64,000 nt of DNA from Candidatus Omnitrophota bacterium (GTDB lineage: Bacteria; Omnitrophota; Gorgyraeia; Gygaellales; Profunditerraquicolaceae), in assembly GCA_041650295.1 (NCBI GenBank), contig JBAZLM010000001.1, forward strand, positions 64,318 through 128,317, in the 5' to 3' direction. Each line of letters begins with the position of its first letter. The stretch's first letter is position 1. This document shows positions 39,820 to 50,835 of this stretch, piece after piece. Below the pieces are notes generated by a model. The model searched no databases, was not told the origin of the DNA, and saw nothing but the letters and a program-made list of their open reading frames with translations. The translations under genes and the position numbers were made by a program.

Positions 39820-41850
39820 ATGAAAAAAATAGATTACCATCAAGAATTAAACGCTGCACAATTTAAAGCTGTGGAATCGATTAATGGCCCACATCTAGTG
39901 ATTGCTGGCGCTGGAAGCGGAAAAACACGCGTATTAGTTTATCGCGTAGCCTATTTAGTGGAACAAGGAGTTAAGCCAGAACAGATTTTGTTGCTGACCT
40001 TTACCCGTCGCGCTTCTGAGGAGATGTTGCGTCGGGCTTGTATTCTTTTAGATGAGCGTTGCAAAAGTGTCTCTGGCGGTACGTTTCATTCGTTTGCCAA
40101 TATGATTTTGCGCAAATACGCTAAATTATTAGAGATTAGTAATAATTTTACGATTCTGGATCAGGCGGATGCTGAAGATGCGGTTAATTTGGTACGCACG
40201 AATTTAGGTTTTCATAAATCTGAAAAACGTTTTCCACGAAAAAGAGCGATTTTAGAAGCAATCTCCAAAAGTGTAAATAAATCCAGCAGTATTGAAGATG
40301 TGCTTTATGATGAATACCCACAATTTATTGAATTTACAAAAGACATTGAAAAGATTCGGGATGAGTATAGTAAATATAAACGTCAAAAATCACTCCTAGA
40401 TTATGATGATCTGTTAGTTTTTTTAAAAAATCTTTTAACTAAGCATGAAGACATTCGTGCGGCGATCTCTTCTCGCTATAAATATATTATGGTGGATGAG
40501 TATCAAGATACTAACAAATTACAAGCACACATTGCTTGTCTTTTGGCAGCCGATCACGCTAACATTATGGTAGTGGGTGATGATGCTCAGAGCATCTATT
40601 CCTTCCGCGGAGCAAACTTTAAAAATATTATTGATTTTCCGATGATATTTAAAGGTACAAAAATTATTACTTTAGAGGAAAATTATCGTTCTACCCAGCC
40701 AATTTTAAATTTAACTAATGCGGTAATCGCTCAAGCCAAAGAAAAATTTGAAAAAAATTTATATACTAAGAAAAAAGAGGGCAATGTTCCAATTTTTATT
40801 GATTGTCCTAATGAAAACGCCCAATCTGTTTTTGTGGCTGATAAAATTTTGGAACTTAGAGAAGAAGGGGTGGCTTTAAAAGATATTGCTGTACTTTTTC
40901 GTTCTGGTTGGCACTCTAATGATTTGGAGGTGGAGCTTTCTAGTCGAAATTTGCCTTTTGCAAAATATGGCGGGCAGAAGTTTGTTGAGGCCTCGCACAT
41001 TAAAGATCTGATGAGTTATTTACGAATTGCTTATAACCCGCAAGATCAGGTGAGTTGGTTGCGCGCACTTTTATTAATTCCTAAAATCGGACCTAAAACA
41101 GCTTCTAAAATTATTCAAGCGATTGTAGATAAACATAATCTCGAAGATTTAATTGAGAAAAATTCCGAATTAAAAAAATTATTTGAATTGTTAAAAGATA
41201 TAAATTGTCATACAGCAGCTCCGGCTAAGATTATTGAGAAATTCTTAAATTATTATCAGCCGTTACTTAAAATTAAGTATGATGATTTTAATAAACGTTT
41301 AAATGATCTAGATTCATTGTTAAGAATTGCTGATCGCTATAAATCGGTCGAACAATTTTTGGTCGATATGGCCTTAGAGCCTCCGGAACGTTCTTTATTT
41401 GAGGCCGGTAAAAAAGATAAATCTGACTTTCCGCTTACCCTTTCTACAATCCATTCCGCTAAAGGTTTAGAGTGGCACACGGTTTTTTTAATTTATGTGG
41501 CTGAGGGACATATGCCTTCATACTTGTCGCTAGAAACTGAGGAAGAGGTGGAGGAGGAGCGCCGGCTATTTTATGTTGCCGCGACCAGAGCCAAGGTTAA
41601 TTTATTTTTGTTAAAACCGCATATTGATCGCTCACCGCGCAGTTTCATGGATGGAGGTGGCGGGTCAGTATTTACTCAGGTCTCTCGGTTTCTAGAGCAG
41701 GGGAATTTGTTAGATAAATTTGTGGATGTGCAAAGTGCCGGGGATACTGATGAGTTGGATGATATAGAATTAGAAGATATTATTGGTGAGAAAAGAAATA
41801 AGAATAAGGCTTTTTTTGAAAGCATTGATGAGTACTTCCGCAATGAATAA
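39820..41850 (+). CDS. ATP-dependent DNA helicase, UvrD/PcrA/Rep family
   Basis: 676 aa; Walker A AGAGSGKT, motif II DEYQDTN, TLHSAKGLEW-like C-terminal motifs. Confidence 0.85.
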   Translation: MKKIDYHQELNAAQFKAVESINGPHLVIAGAGSGKTRVLVYRVAYLVEQGVKPEQILLLTFTRRASEEMLRRACILLDERCKSVSGGTFHSFANMILRKYAKLLEISNNFTILDQADAEDAVNLVRTNLGFHKSEKRFPRKRAILEAISKSVNKSSSIEDVLYDEYPQFIEFTKDIEKIRDEYSKYKRQKSLLDYDDLLVFLKNLLTKHEDIRAAISSRYKYIMVDEYQDTNKLQAHIACLLAADHANIMVVGDDAQSIYSFRGANFKNIIDFPMIFKGTKIITLEENYRSTQPILNLTNAVIAQAKEKFEKNLYTKKKEGNVPIFIDCPNENAQSVFVADKILELREEGVALKDIAVLFRSGWHSNDLEVELSSRNLPFAKYGGQKFVEASHIKDLMSYLRIAYNPQDQVSWLRALLLIPKIGPKTASKIIQAIVDKHNLEDLIEKNSELKKLFELLKDINCHTAAPAKIIEKFLNYYQPLLKIKYDDFNKRLNDLDSLLRIADRYKSVEQFLVDMALEPPERSLFEAGKKDKSDFPLTLSTIHSAKGLEWHTVFLIYVAEGHMPSYLSLETEEEVEEERRLFYVAATRAKVNLFLLKPHIDRSPRSFMDGGGGSVFTQVSRFLEQGNLLDKFVDVQSAGDTDELDDIELEDIIGEKRNKNKAFFESIDEYFRNE

Positions 41851-41957
41851 AGCAGGCGCAAAACCCTATATTTTATCTTGAGATAGGACAAAAACTGTGT
41901 TAAGATTTTAATAGAATTATTAACTAAAATTACCGCATAAATTAACAATGTATTAAT

Positions 41958-42395
41958 ATGACTGCCCAACTTCCTTATAGTGAAAAAGTAATGGATCATT
42001 TTAACCATCCGCGCAATGTTGGCGAAATTGCTGACGCCAGTGGTGTGGGTACCGTGGGCAATCCGGTTTGCGGAGACGTAATGAAGATGTATTTAAAGAT
42101 TCAAGGTGAAATTATTGTTGATGTAAAATTTAAGACCTTTGGTTGTGGAGCGGCAGTAGCCACTAGTTCGATGGTCACTGAGATGGTTAAAGGCAAGAGT
42201 ATTGCTGAGGCCTTGCAGATTACTAATAGTGCGGTGGCGCAGGCTTTGGGAGGCCTACCGGCGGTTAAAATGCATTGTTCGGTGCTAGCAGAAGAGGCGC
42301 TGCGCTCGGCTTTAAAAGATTATTATACTAAACAGGGACTACCGATTCCTTTTGAGGATAAAGGACACGCTCATGAGGGAGAGACCTGTTTATAG
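41958..42395 (+). CDS. iscU: Fe-S cluster assembly scaffold protein (IscU/NifU-like)
   Basis: 145 aa; HFNHPRNVG, GNPVCGDVM, conserved Cys residues. Confidence 0.8.
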   Translation: MTAQLPYSEKVMDHFNHPRNVGEIADASGVGTVGNPVCGDVMKMYLKIQGEIIVDVKFKTFGCGAAVATSSMVTEMVKGKSIAEALQITNSAVAQALGGLPAVKMHCSVLAEEALRSALKDYYTKQGLPIPFEDKGHAHEGETCL

Positions 42396-43008
42396 GGTTT
42401 TTAGTTATGTTGACCCCGTTACAAATAAAAAAATGACAATACGTGATTTAAAATTTGTAACGGGGTTGACAAAGGCTCAGATACGTAGTAAAATTCTTAA
42501 GAGATTAAAAATACAGAAGGAGGAAGACCGAAACCGAAAAAGTAAACTCATAAAAGATAAACTTTTAAGGAATAAGGTTTTTAAAAAGGCGAAGATAATA
42601 ATGTTTTACATCGCTTTTGGGGGAGAGGTAAATACTGAAGAGATGATTAGGGAAGCTAAAAAAATAGGCAAAGTAATTTGTGTGCCAATTTGTAAAAAAG
42701 ATAAAGAAACTATGCAACCAAACATATTCGAAGATCACGGGAAATTAAAAAAAGGTCCTTATGGAGCATTAGAGCCGGTGACGCAGGCTTTAATTAAACC
42801 TAAAGACTTGGATCTTGTGATTGTGCCCGGGCTAGCTTTTGATAAAAAAGGAAATCGGCTGGGCCGCGGTAAAGGTTGCTACGATCGTTTCTTAAATCAG
42901 CTTTCTAAAAATACTGCTTCTATAGGTTTGGCTTTTGATTTCCAAATCTTGCCTCGTGTTCCCACCACAAGTTATGATGTAAGCATGCAAAAAGTTATCT
43001 TCTCCTAA
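42373..43008 (+). CDS. 5-formyltetrahydrofolate cyclo-ligase family protein
   Basis: LVIVPGLAFDKKGNRLGRGKGCYDRFL motif of the 5-FTHF cyclo-ligase family; start codon uncertain (TTG 42352, ATG 42373 or 42433). Confidence 0.7.
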   Translation: MRERPVYRVFSYVDPVTNKKMTIRDLKFVTGLTKAQIRSKILKRLKIQKEEDRNRKSKLIKDKLLRNKVFKKAKIIMFYIAFGGEVNTEEMIREAKKIGKVICVPICKKDKETMQPNIFEDHGKLKKGPYGALEPVTQALIKPKDLDLVIVPGLAFDKKGNRLGRGKGCYDRFLNQLSKNTASIGLAFDFQILPRVPTTSYDVSMQKVIFS

Positions 43009-43053
43009 ACTCTTAGAAAACTTTCGCAAACTAAGGTTAAAAGGAGGATAGAA

Positions 43054-44610
43054 ATGGTTTTCAGTATAGTAGTACTCATCGTTATTGCCCTAGGTGCCGC
43101 ATATTCTGGTTATTTCCTCAGAAAACATATCGCCGAGAAAAAATTAAAAAGTGCTGAGCTAGAAGCCGAGCATATTTTAGAGGTCGCTAAAAAAGAAGTT
43201 TTAGATAAGCGCCGAGAAGCTGAATTAGAGGCTAAAGATTTGCTTTATCGGATGCGTCAGGACTTTGAACGCGAGATTAAAGATCGCAAGTTCGAAATTG
43301 TTAACTTAGAAAAAAGATTAACCCAAAAAGAAGAGAATATTGATCGCCGGCTGGATCTTTTAGAAAAGAAGGAAAAAGAGATTGATCTGCGTAACGATAA
43401 TCTTAAAAAACAAGAGGAGTCTTTGAAGGTCAAAGATAATCAATTGTTAGCATTGGTAGCCGAAGAAAAAGAAAGATTGCAAAAAATTTCTTCATTATCG
43501 GCAGAAGAAGCCAAGCAAATCTTGCTTAATCGTTTAAATGAAGAGTTAGATAATGAAAAAGCCGTGTTTATCAAGCGCCAAGAAGAAGATGTGCGTACTA
43601 TTGCGGATAAAAAAGCGCGCGAGATTTTAAGTTTAGCTATTCAGCGTTGTGCGGCTGAGCATACTGTAGAGTCAACGGTTAGCGTAGTGAATTTACCCAA
43701 TGATGAAATGAAGGGCAGGATTATTGGACGTGAAGGAAGAAATATTCGTGCATTAGAGATGGCTACCGGAGTAGATGTAATTATTGATGATACACCGGGA
43801 GCAGTAACTTTGTCTGGATTTGATGCGGTGCGCCGTGAGATTGCTCGTTTGAGTTTAGAAAAACTTATCTCAGATGGTAGAATTCATCCTGGTCGGATTG
43901 AAGAGTTGGTAGAAAAGACTAAGAAAGAAATGGATGAAAAGATCCGCGAGGAAGGGGAGCGCGCTGCTTTTGAAGCCGGAGTTAATGGCCTGCATCCAGA
44001 GATTATTAAGCTTTTAGGTCGTCTAAAGTATCGTACTAGTTACGGTCAAAATGCTTTGCAACACTCCAAAGAAGTTTCTTTCTTATTAGGAATCATGGCT
44101 TCTGAACTGGGGTTAGATTTTAAATTAGGCCGTCGGATTGGTCTTTTACATGATATTGGTAAAGCGGTAGATCATCAAGTGGAAGGGACTCATGCCAAGT
44201 TAGGGGCGGATCTAGCTAAGAAGTATAATGAAGGAGCAGAAGTAGTTTCGGCGATTGAATCGCATCATGAAGAAGCACAACCGCAGAGTATGTACGGGGT
44301 TTTAGCGATTGCTGCTGATGCGGTGAGTGCAGCTAGACCCGGAGCAAGACGTGAGACTTTAGAGATTTACGTTAAGCGTTTAGATAAATTAGAATCGATT
44401 GCTAATGTCTTTAAGGGTGTAGAAAAATCTTTTGCCATTCAGGCGGGCCGTGAAATTCGCGTGATTGTGCAGCCGGAGAAAATTACGGATGCAGAGGCAG
44501 TGACGATGTGTCGAGATATTCGTAAGAAAATTGAAGAAGGGATGGAGTATCCTGGTCAGATTAAAGTTACGGTTATTCGCGAAACACGGACCATTGAATA
44601 CGCCAAATAA
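43054..44610 (+). CDS. rny: ribonuclease Y
   Basis: 518 aa; N-terminal TM, coiled coil, KH domain ([13 protein letters not shown]) and HD domain (HDIGK). Confidence 0.9.
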   Translation: MVFSIVVLIVIALGAAYSGYFLRKHIAEKKLKSAELEAEHILEVAKKEVLDKRREAELEAKDLLYRMRQDFEREIKDRKFEIVNLEKRLTQKEENIDRRLDLLEKKEKEIDLRNDNLKKQEESLKVKDNQLLALVAEEKERLQKISSLSAEEAKQILLNRLNEELDNEKAVFIKRQEEDVRTIADKKAREILSLAIQRCAAEHTVESTVSVVNLPNDEMKGRIIGREGRNIRALEMATGVDVIIDDTPGAVTLSGFDAVRREIARLSLEKLISDGRIHPGRIEELVEKTKKEMDEKIREEGERAAFEAGVNGLHPEIIKLLGRLKYRTSYGQNALQHSKEVSFLLGIMASELGLDFKLGRRIGLLHDIGKAVDHQVEGTHAKLGADLAKKYNEGAEVVSAIESHHEEAQPQSMYGVLAIAADAVSAARPGARRETLEIYVKRLDKLESIANVFKGVEKSFAIQAGREIRVIVQPEKITDAEAVTMCRDIRKKIEEGMEYPGQIKVTVIRETRTIEYAK

Positions 44611-44737
44611 GTGAAGGCATAAGTTAGGGAGCAGAAAACAATTTATGCGACATAACTTATTTGCCTGAACTTATCCCCGCCGCTTGTAATTTTTGGTTTT
44701 TAAAAAGTACAGCGGTGGTAAATGGAGTTATATAAAG

Positions 44738-45517
44738 ATGAAAATATTATTTATCGGAGATATTGTTGGTTCGCCGGGTAGAGAAGCAATTAAACAATTA
44801 GTCAATCCTTTAAAAAAAGAGCTGGGGATTGATTTTGTCATTGCTAATGCGGAGAATGCTTCGGGTGGATCAGGGATTACTTTAAAAGTTACAGAAGATC
44901 TCTTTTCTTCCGGAGTAGATGTAATTACCTCCGGGGATCACATCTGGAAAAAAGCAGAGATCTTTGAATTAATTAATCGTGAAGAAAGAATTTTGCGACC
45001 TTTAAATTATCCAAGTGGCGCTCCGGGTAAAGGAGCAGCGGTTTTTAAAGCTAAAAATGGAGTTAAAGTTGGAGTGATTAATGTTAATGGGCGAGTTTTT
45101 ATGGAGCCACTAGACTGTCCTTTTAAAACAACGCTGGCAGCTTGCGAAGAGTTAGCCAAAGAAACTAAAATTATTTTTGTTGATATTCATGCTGAAGCTA
45201 CTTCAGAAAAGGTAGCTTTGGGTTGGTATTTAGATGGTAAAGTCTCGGCGGTTTTAGGTACGCATACTCATATTCAAACCGCAGATGAAAAAATTTTACC
45301 CAAAGGTAGTGCCTATATTACCGATGTGGGGATGACTGGTCCGTATGATTCGGTAATTGGGCGAAGAGTAGAAGATGTGCTCACTCGTTTTTTAAGTTTA
45401 ATTCCGGTCAGATTTGAAGTGGCGCAGGAAAATATTCAAATGCATGGCGCCTTAGTAGAAGTTGATGAAAAGACTGGTAAGGCGATTTCGATTGTTAGGA
45501 TTGCTAAAAAACTTTAG
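44738..45517 (+). CDS. ymdB: YmdB-like metallophosphoesterase (2',3'-cyclic-nucleotide 2'-phosphodiesterase family, TIGR00282)
   Basis: Starts MKILFIGDIVG; GDH and HTH metal-binding motifs; conserved rny-ymdB pairing. Confidence 0.85.
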   Translation: MKILFIGDIVGSPGREAIKQLVNPLKKELGIDFVIANAENASGGSGITLKVTEDLFSSGVDVITSGDHIWKKAEIFELINREERILRPLNYPSGAPGKGAAVFKAKNGVKVGVINVNGRVFMEPLDCPFKTTLAACEELAKETKIIFVDIHAEATSEKVALGWYLDGKVSAVLGTHTHIQTADEKILPKGSAYITDVGMTGPYDSVIGRRVEDVLTRFLSLIPVRFEVAQENIQMHGALVEVDEKTGKAISIVRIAKKL

Positions 45518-45538
45518 ATCAATAAAAGGAAACCGATT

Positions 45539-47305
45539 ATGCTGCGTCGGATCTTATCATTTTTTATTTTTTTGTTTATTCTTTTAAATAGCGTTGCTTT
45601 TGCACAAACCAACGAAGAATTAGAATTTAATTTAGACCTAAACTCTGCTACAGTTAGCCTACCTAAAATATATAAACCGAGTATTGATTTAAGCGGTAGA
45701 GGCGTAGTTGTTAATAAAATTTGGCCACAAACCTTAGCTTCTAAAGACTCTTTAGATACTTGGCAAAAAGATTTAAATTTTAATAATTTTTATCGGCTCC
45801 AATATAATCTTTGGGAGATTCAACAGTTAGCTAATGATTCAGTGGAGCAGGAAAAACTTTTTAATAGCTATGAAGAGGTAATCAAAAGAATTAGTGATAG
45901 CGGTGGGACAGTGATCCTTAATTTATTTGGTACGCCGTTTGGTTTAGGTAGGGTTTTGGATAAGAATAGTGCTCCTCATGATCTAAGGGCCTATAAGGAA
46001 CTAGTTAAGAAAATTATCCGTAAACTAAGTTGCGAAAAGAAATATAATATTTGGTATGAAGTTTGGAATGCTCCGGATTTGGGTGATTTCTTTTTAGGAG
46101 AGAGAAGTGAATATTTTAATCTTTACCGTAGTGTTGGTGAGGCGGTTAAAGAGCTACGTCGGGAGAGTAAAATTAATATTCCTTTAGGTGGCCCTTCGGT
46201 CAGTGCGTGGTTTAGAAATCTTCAGCCTAATACCATATTGTCTCCAGAGAATAGTTTAATTTATGAATTAATCAAATATTGTTACAATTATCGCCTACCT
46301 TTAGATTTTATCTCATGGCACGCCTATTCTAGCGATCCGCAAGAAGATAAACAAGATACGATTTATAATAAGTCGACGGTTAAGTTGATTCGTGAATGGT
46401 TAAGTTATTTTCATTTTGATAGTCAACTTCCTTTAATTATTGATGAATGGAATTTTGATGGTGCAGCCAATATGCTTTCTGAAAGATGTAAGTCGGCTAA
46501 TATTGCGGCTAGTTATATTCCGGCGCGATTAAAAAATATGTGGGAGGCACAGATTGATTATCAAACTTATTTTTGTTTGGAAGATTTTGGCGGTAATCGA
46601 GGGGCAGTTACGAGAAATTTGGGGGTAGCGACATTTGACTTAGGTCGCAAAGAAAGTAAAAGTTATCCTAAAAGTAGTTATAATTTATTTCGCTTATTGA
46701 ATCTTTTAGGTGAGAATTTATTTACTAGTGGATTAAATGATGATTTTGTGGGAGTAATTGCCACTAAGTCAGAAGATTATATTGCGGTAATGATTTATAA
46801 TTATCTTGATCAGCAAGCAGCGATGAATTATTTATCGCGTAACATTGTTTATTTAAATAGCAATGATCGTAAATCATTATTGAGCATAGTAAAATCGGAT
46901 CGCCTAGAGAAAGTGTTGATTGGTAAATTAGATTTAGTAACGTTACGTCTAGGCTCTAAAGCCAAAGAAATGTTAATTTCTGCTATAGAATTAAATAATG
47001 CAGTTAATAAATTTTCCACAATGAATCGAAAATTAAAAATTACGATCAAAGGCATAGAAGACCTTTATGTTTTAAATAAATATATTATTGATAATAAGTG
47101 TAGCCGGGATTGTGAATTTAAAGTTAATGAAGAAAAAGATATAGATTTTGCTAAGGATTATATTGAAACACTAGAATTAGCTCCGTATTCCGTGCAATTG
47201 TTAGTTTTTAAAAAGAAAGTGATGGAAGCAAAAACAGAGTTAAAAGTAGTGCCAGTTAAGGAAAAAGCTGAAGTTATTGAAAACAAAAATGTCGAAGATA
47301 AGTAA
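45539..47305 (+). CDS. exported TIM-barrel glycoside-hydrolase-like protein (clan GH-A-like); product uncertain
   Basis: 588 aa with signal peptide; IWYEVWNAPD resembles the WNEP acid/base strand but Glu is replaced by Ala; LIIDEWNFD resembles the nucleophile strand. Confidence 0.4.
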   Translation: MLRRILSFFIFLFILLNSVAFAQTNEELEFNLDLNSATVSLPKIYKPSIDLSGRGVVVNKIWPQTLASKDSLDTWQKDLNFNNFYRLQYNLWEIQQLANDSVEQEKLFNSYEEVIKRISDSGGTVILNLFGTPFGLGRVLDKNSAPHDLRAYKELVKKIIRKLSCEKKYNIWYEVWNAPDLGDFFLGERSEYFNLYRSVGEAVKELRRESKINIPLGGPSVSAWFRNLQPNTILSPENSLIYELIKYCYNYRLPLDFISWHAYSSDPQEDKQDTIYNKSTVKLIREWLSYFHFDSQLPLIIDEWNFDGAANMLSERCKSANIAASYIPARLKNMWEAQIDYQTYFCLEDFGGNRGAVTRNLGVATFDLGRKESKSYPKSSYNLFRLLNLLGENLFTSGLNDDFVGVIATKSEDYIAVMIYNYLDQQAAMNYLSRNIVYLNSNDRKSLLSIVKSDRLEKVLIGKLDLVTLRLGSKAKEMLISAIELNNAVNKFSTMNRKLKITIKGIEDLYVLNKYIIDNKCSRDCEFKVNEEKDIDFAKDYIETLELAPYSVQLLVFKKKVMEAKTELKVVPVKEKAEVIENKNVEDK

Positions 47306-48554
47306 ATTGGAAAATAGTGATCTGGGTCTTTTGGGGCAAAAGCATAAACATATTTATTCGGTCTCTGAAATTACTCAGGTAATTAAAGGATTATTGGAGA
47401 ATAGCGTTGGTGAAGTTTGGTTGGAAGGAGAGATCTCTAATTTTAAAGCCGCTAGTAGCGGACATTTTTATTTTTCGCTTAAAGATCAAGCAGCGGTAAT
47501 TTTGGGAGCGATGTTTGCTCATGCGAATAAAGGATTAAAATTTAAATTAGAGGATGGTCTAAAAGTTATTTGTTTTGGTAAAGTTGATGTTTATGGGCCA
47601 CGTGGCCAGTATCAGATTATAGTAGAAAAGATTGAGCCGCTTGGCCTGGGAGCTCAACAATTAGCCTTTGAGCAGTTAAAGAAAAAATTAGCTGCCGAAG
47701 GGCTTTTTGAAACCGCGCATAAGAAGCTGTTGCCGCAGATGCCTTTTTCTGTAGGAATTGTTACTTCTGCTAAAGGGGCGGCCGTGCGAGATATTTTACA
47801 GATTTTAAAAAAAGGAGCTTCTTTTGTAGATGTAGTTTTGCGGGATGTGCGTGTGCAGGGCCAACAGGCATCTAGTGAAATTGCGCAAGCTATTGCAGAT
47901 TTGAATAATTTTGCTAAAGTAGACTTGATTATTGTTAGTCGCGGCGGCGGTAGTACTGAGGATCTTTGGGCGTTTAATGAAGAAGAGGTCGCCCGGGCAA
48001 TTTATAATTCTAGTCTACCGATAATTTCTGCGGTGGGACATCAAATCAATACGACTTTATCGGATTTAGTGGCGGATGTTTTTGTAGAGACTCCTTCGGC
48101 GGCAGCTAAGATTATTGTAGATAAAAAGAATGCTTTATTGGCAGCTTTAGCTGGCTCTAAGTATGAATTAGATTTTTTAATGAATAATTTAATCGGGGAA
48201 TTAAAAAATAGGATTACCGAGTTAACGCATACTTTAAAAAGTCCGCTGGACCGGCTACTTGAGAAACAACAGCAAACCGATGAGTTATTTTCGGAATTAA
48301 ATTATAAGATGAAACATCTTTTGGAGTTATCGCAAGAGCGTTGCAGTTCATTAGTGCAAAGGTTGGGGGCTTTAAGTCCGCTGGCGATTCTTTCCCGGGG
48401 TTATAGTTTAAGTATGTTAGTGCCCAGTGAATTAATCGTTAAGGATATTGTACAAATAAAACCAGGTGATAGATTAAAAACAGTTTTACATAAAGGTGAA
48501 GTAATTAGTATCGTTGAGGAGGTTTCTGCTGATGAAAGAAAAAACCGCGTTTGA
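47289..48554 (+). CDS. xseA: exodeoxyribonuclease VII large subunit
   Basis: ~420 aa; OB-fold N-terminus and catalytic core; followed by xseB; start (47277 or 47289) overlaps upstream gene end. Confidence 0.85.
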   Translation: MSKISKLENSDLGLLGQKHKHIYSVSEITQVIKGLLENSVGEVWLEGEISNFKAASSGHFYFSLKDQAAVILGAMFAHANKGLKFKLEDGLKVICFGKVDVYGPRGQYQIIVEKIEPLGLGAQQLAFEQLKKKLAAEGLFETAHKKLLPQMPFSVGIVTSAKGAAVRDILQILKKGASFVDVVLRDVRVQGQQASSEIAQAIADLNNFAKVDLIIVSRGGGSTEDLWAFNEEEVARAIYNSSLPIISAVGHQINTTLSDLVADVFVETPSAAAKIIVDKKNALLAALAGSKYELDFLMNNLIGELKNRITELTHTLKSPLDRLLEKQQQTDELFSELNYKMKHLLELSQERCSSLVQRLGALSPLAILSRGYSLSMLVPSELIVKDIVQIKPGDRLKTVLHKGEVISIVEEVSADERKNRV

Positions 48555-48771
48555 AGATGATTTAAAAAAATTACAAAAAATAGTTGAAGAGTTGGCTAGT
48601 GGGAAAATTACTTTGGGTGAGTCGCTTAAAAAATATGAAGAGGGAGTAAGGATTGCGCAAACCTGTTCGCAGACATTAGCCGATGCCCAGCGTAAAGTGG
48701 AATTATTAATGAAAAAAGACGGTAAGTTTGCTTTAGAAAAATTTGACGATTCAGATACAGAAGAAAAATAA
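48532..48771 (+). CDS. xseB: exodeoxyribonuclease VII small subunit
   Basis: ~79 aa; FEDDLKKLQKIVEELASGKITLGESLKKYEEGVRIAQTC typical XseB; overlaps xseA 3' end. Confidence 0.8.
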   Translation: MKEKTAFEDDLKKLQKIVEELASGKITLGESLKKYEEGVRIAQTCSQTLADAQRKVELLMKKDGKFALEKFDDSDTEEK

Positions 48772-48773
48772 AT

Positions 48774-50639
48774 ATGTATTTAGAAAAAATTAATTCTCCA
48801 CAAGATCTAAAAAAATTAAGTATTGAGGAGCTTACGCTTTTAGCCGAGGAGATTCGCCAGAGGTTAATTGAGGTGGTCTCTCAGACGGGTGGGCACCTGG
48901 CTTCTAGTCTTGGGGCTACGGAATTAATTATTGCTTTGCACTATTGTTTAAATACGCCAAAAGATAAAATTGTTTTTGATGTCGGCCATCAAGCCTATGC
49001 ACACAAGCTCTTAACCGGCCGTAACGCAAAATTTTCTACACTTCGACAGTATGAGGGAATTAGTGGTTTTCCTTCTAAGGATGAATCAATTTATGATCCT
49101 TTTACTAGTGGGCATAGTTCTAATGCTGTATCGTTGGGACTGGGATTAGCTTGCGCCAGAGATTTATTACCTAAAGAAGAACAATTTAAAGTAGTCTCGG
49201 TTGTGGGGGATGGATCTTTAAGTGGCGGGCTATGTTTTGAAGGTTTAAATAATGCGGGGCATTTAAAAAAAGATATTCTAGTAGTTTTAAATACTAATGA
49301 GTTAAGTATCTCTCCGAATGTGGGGGCGATTAGTAATTATTTAAATAAAATTATTTCGCTGCCGGTTTATAATCGTTTTCATGAGAATGTTGAGAAGTTC
49401 CTTAAAACTCGAGTTCCTCGTGGGAGTCGTCTGTTGAATTTAATGACTAAGTTTGAAGAAGGATTAAAAGGTTTGTTTGTTCCAGGAATGTTGTTTGAAG
49501 AATTAGGTTTTCGTTATTTTGGGCCGATTAATGGCCATGACTTAACTTCTTTGACTTCGACGTTAAAAAATATTTTAGAGATTAAAGGACCGCGACTATT
49601 ACATATTGTGACTAAGAAAGGTAAAGGTTGCGCACATGCTGAGAAAAACCCGGTACGCTTTCATGGGATAGGTTGTTTTGATATTAATACTGGTGAGAGC
49701 GAAGTTAAAAAAATTTCTGCGAATGAAAAAAGCTACACAGAGATATTTGGTGATAAATTAGTCCAGTTAGCCAGTGTAGATAAGCGTATTGTTGCCATTA
49801 CTGCGGCGATGCCCGAAGGTACTGGTTTATGTAAATTCAGAGATACCTTTGCGGAAAGATTTTTTGATGTGGGGATTGCTGAGGGGCATGCGGTTTGTTT
49901 TGCCGCTGGATTAGCCAAACAAGGATTTAAACCGGTAGTAGCAATTTATTCTACTTTTTTACAACGGGCTTATGATCAGATTATTCAGGAAGTTTCTTTG
50001 CAGGGGTTAGCGGTAATTTTTGCCATTGACCGAGCAGGTATTGTCGGTGAAGACGGAGTCACGCATCAGGGCATTTTTGATCTGGCTTATCTAAGAAGTA
50101 TTCCGCATTTAGTAATTATGGCACCTATTGACGGGGCTGAATTAGAAAAGATGCTGGAGTTTGCGTTAGGTTTAAATAAACCGGTAGCTATTAGATATCC
50201 TCGAGCTAGTACAATATTAAAAAATAACTCTGTGAACACATTAAAGTTAGGGAAGGCAGAGTTGATCTGTGCAGGGGAAGATTTTTCCTTGATTGCTTTG
50301 GGGAGTATGGTTTTAACGGCTAAAGAAGCAATAGAGATTTTAAGTAAAGAAGGAATAAATGGTTCTTTGATTAATGCGCGATTTGCGGCTCCGTTAGATT
50401 TGGAATTAATTAAAAAGGTCTCTGCGGAAAAAAAATATATATTTACTGTGGAAGAGGGTATAATTGAGGAGGGTTTTGGCAGTGCGGTGGCCCAGGAGTT
50501 AGGGGTTTATGTGCAACGCATTGGCTTGCCGTTTGATTTTATTCAACATGGTAACCGAAGTCTACTTTTAGATAAATACGGGTTAACTGCTCAAGGGATT
50601 GCCAATACGATTCGTCAGGCAATCAAAAATCATGGCTAA
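48774..50639 (+). CDS. dxs: 1-deoxy-D-xylulose-5-phosphate synthase
   Basis: 621 aa; TPP-binding GDG...N motif (VVGDGSLSGG), GHSS transketolase-like motif. Confidence 0.95.
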   Translation: MYLEKINSPQDLKKLSIEELTLLAEEIRQRLIEVVSQTGGHLASSLGATELIIALHYCLNTPKDKIVFDVGHQAYAHKLLTGRNAKFSTLRQYEGISGFPSKDESIYDPFTSGHSSNAVSLGLGLACARDLLPKEEQFKVVSVVGDGSLSGGLCFEGLNNAGHLKKDILVVLNTNELSISPNVGAISNYLNKIISLPVYNRFHENVEKFLKTRVPRGSRLLNLMTKFEEGLKGLFVPGMLFEELGFRYFGPINGHDLTSLTSTLKNILEIKGPRLLHIVTKKGKGCAHAEKNPVRFHGIGCFDINTGESEVKKISANEKSYTEIFGDKLVQLASVDKRIVAITAAMPEGTGLCKFRDTFAERFFDVGIAEGHAVCFAAGLAKQGFKPVVAIYSTFLQRAYDQIIQEVSLQGLAVIFAIDRAGIVGEDGVTHQGIFDLAYLRSIPHLVIMAPIDGAELEKMLEFALGLNKPVAIRYPRASTILKNNSVNTLKLGKAELICAGEDFSLIALGSMVLTAKEAIEILSKEGINGSLINARFAAPLDLELIKKVSAEKKYIFTVEEGIIEEGFGSAVAQELGVYVQRIGLPFDFIQHGNRSLLLDKYGLTAQGIANTIRQAIKNHG

Positions 50640-50835
50640 AGTAGTAATTAATCAGGACAAATGTAAAGGTTGTCTTTTGTGTGTGAATTTTTGTCCCAAG
50701 GGCTTGCTTAAAAAAAGCGTAAAATTAAATAAACGGGGATTAAATTTTGTAGAGTTTGATTTATCGCAAGAGTGTATTGGCTGTGCGCAGTGTGCGGTAA
50801 TTTGTCCGGATTGTTGTATTGAGGTTTATAAGTAA
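50632..50835 (+). CDS. 2-oxoacid:ferredoxin oxidoreductase delta subunit (2x[4Fe-4S] ferredoxin)
   Basis: Two CxxCxxCxxxCP motifs; ATG overlaps dxs stop (ATGGCTAA). Confidence 0.8.
   Translation: MAKVVINQDKCKGCLLCVNFCPKGLLKKSVKLNKRGLNFVEFDLSQECIGCAQCAVICPDCCIEVYK

Noticed and set aside
41676-42008. 110-aa minus-strand ORF overlapping helicase 3' end and iscU start
   Set aside because: Antisense overlap with two supported genes; low-complexity Ser/Leu-rich translation
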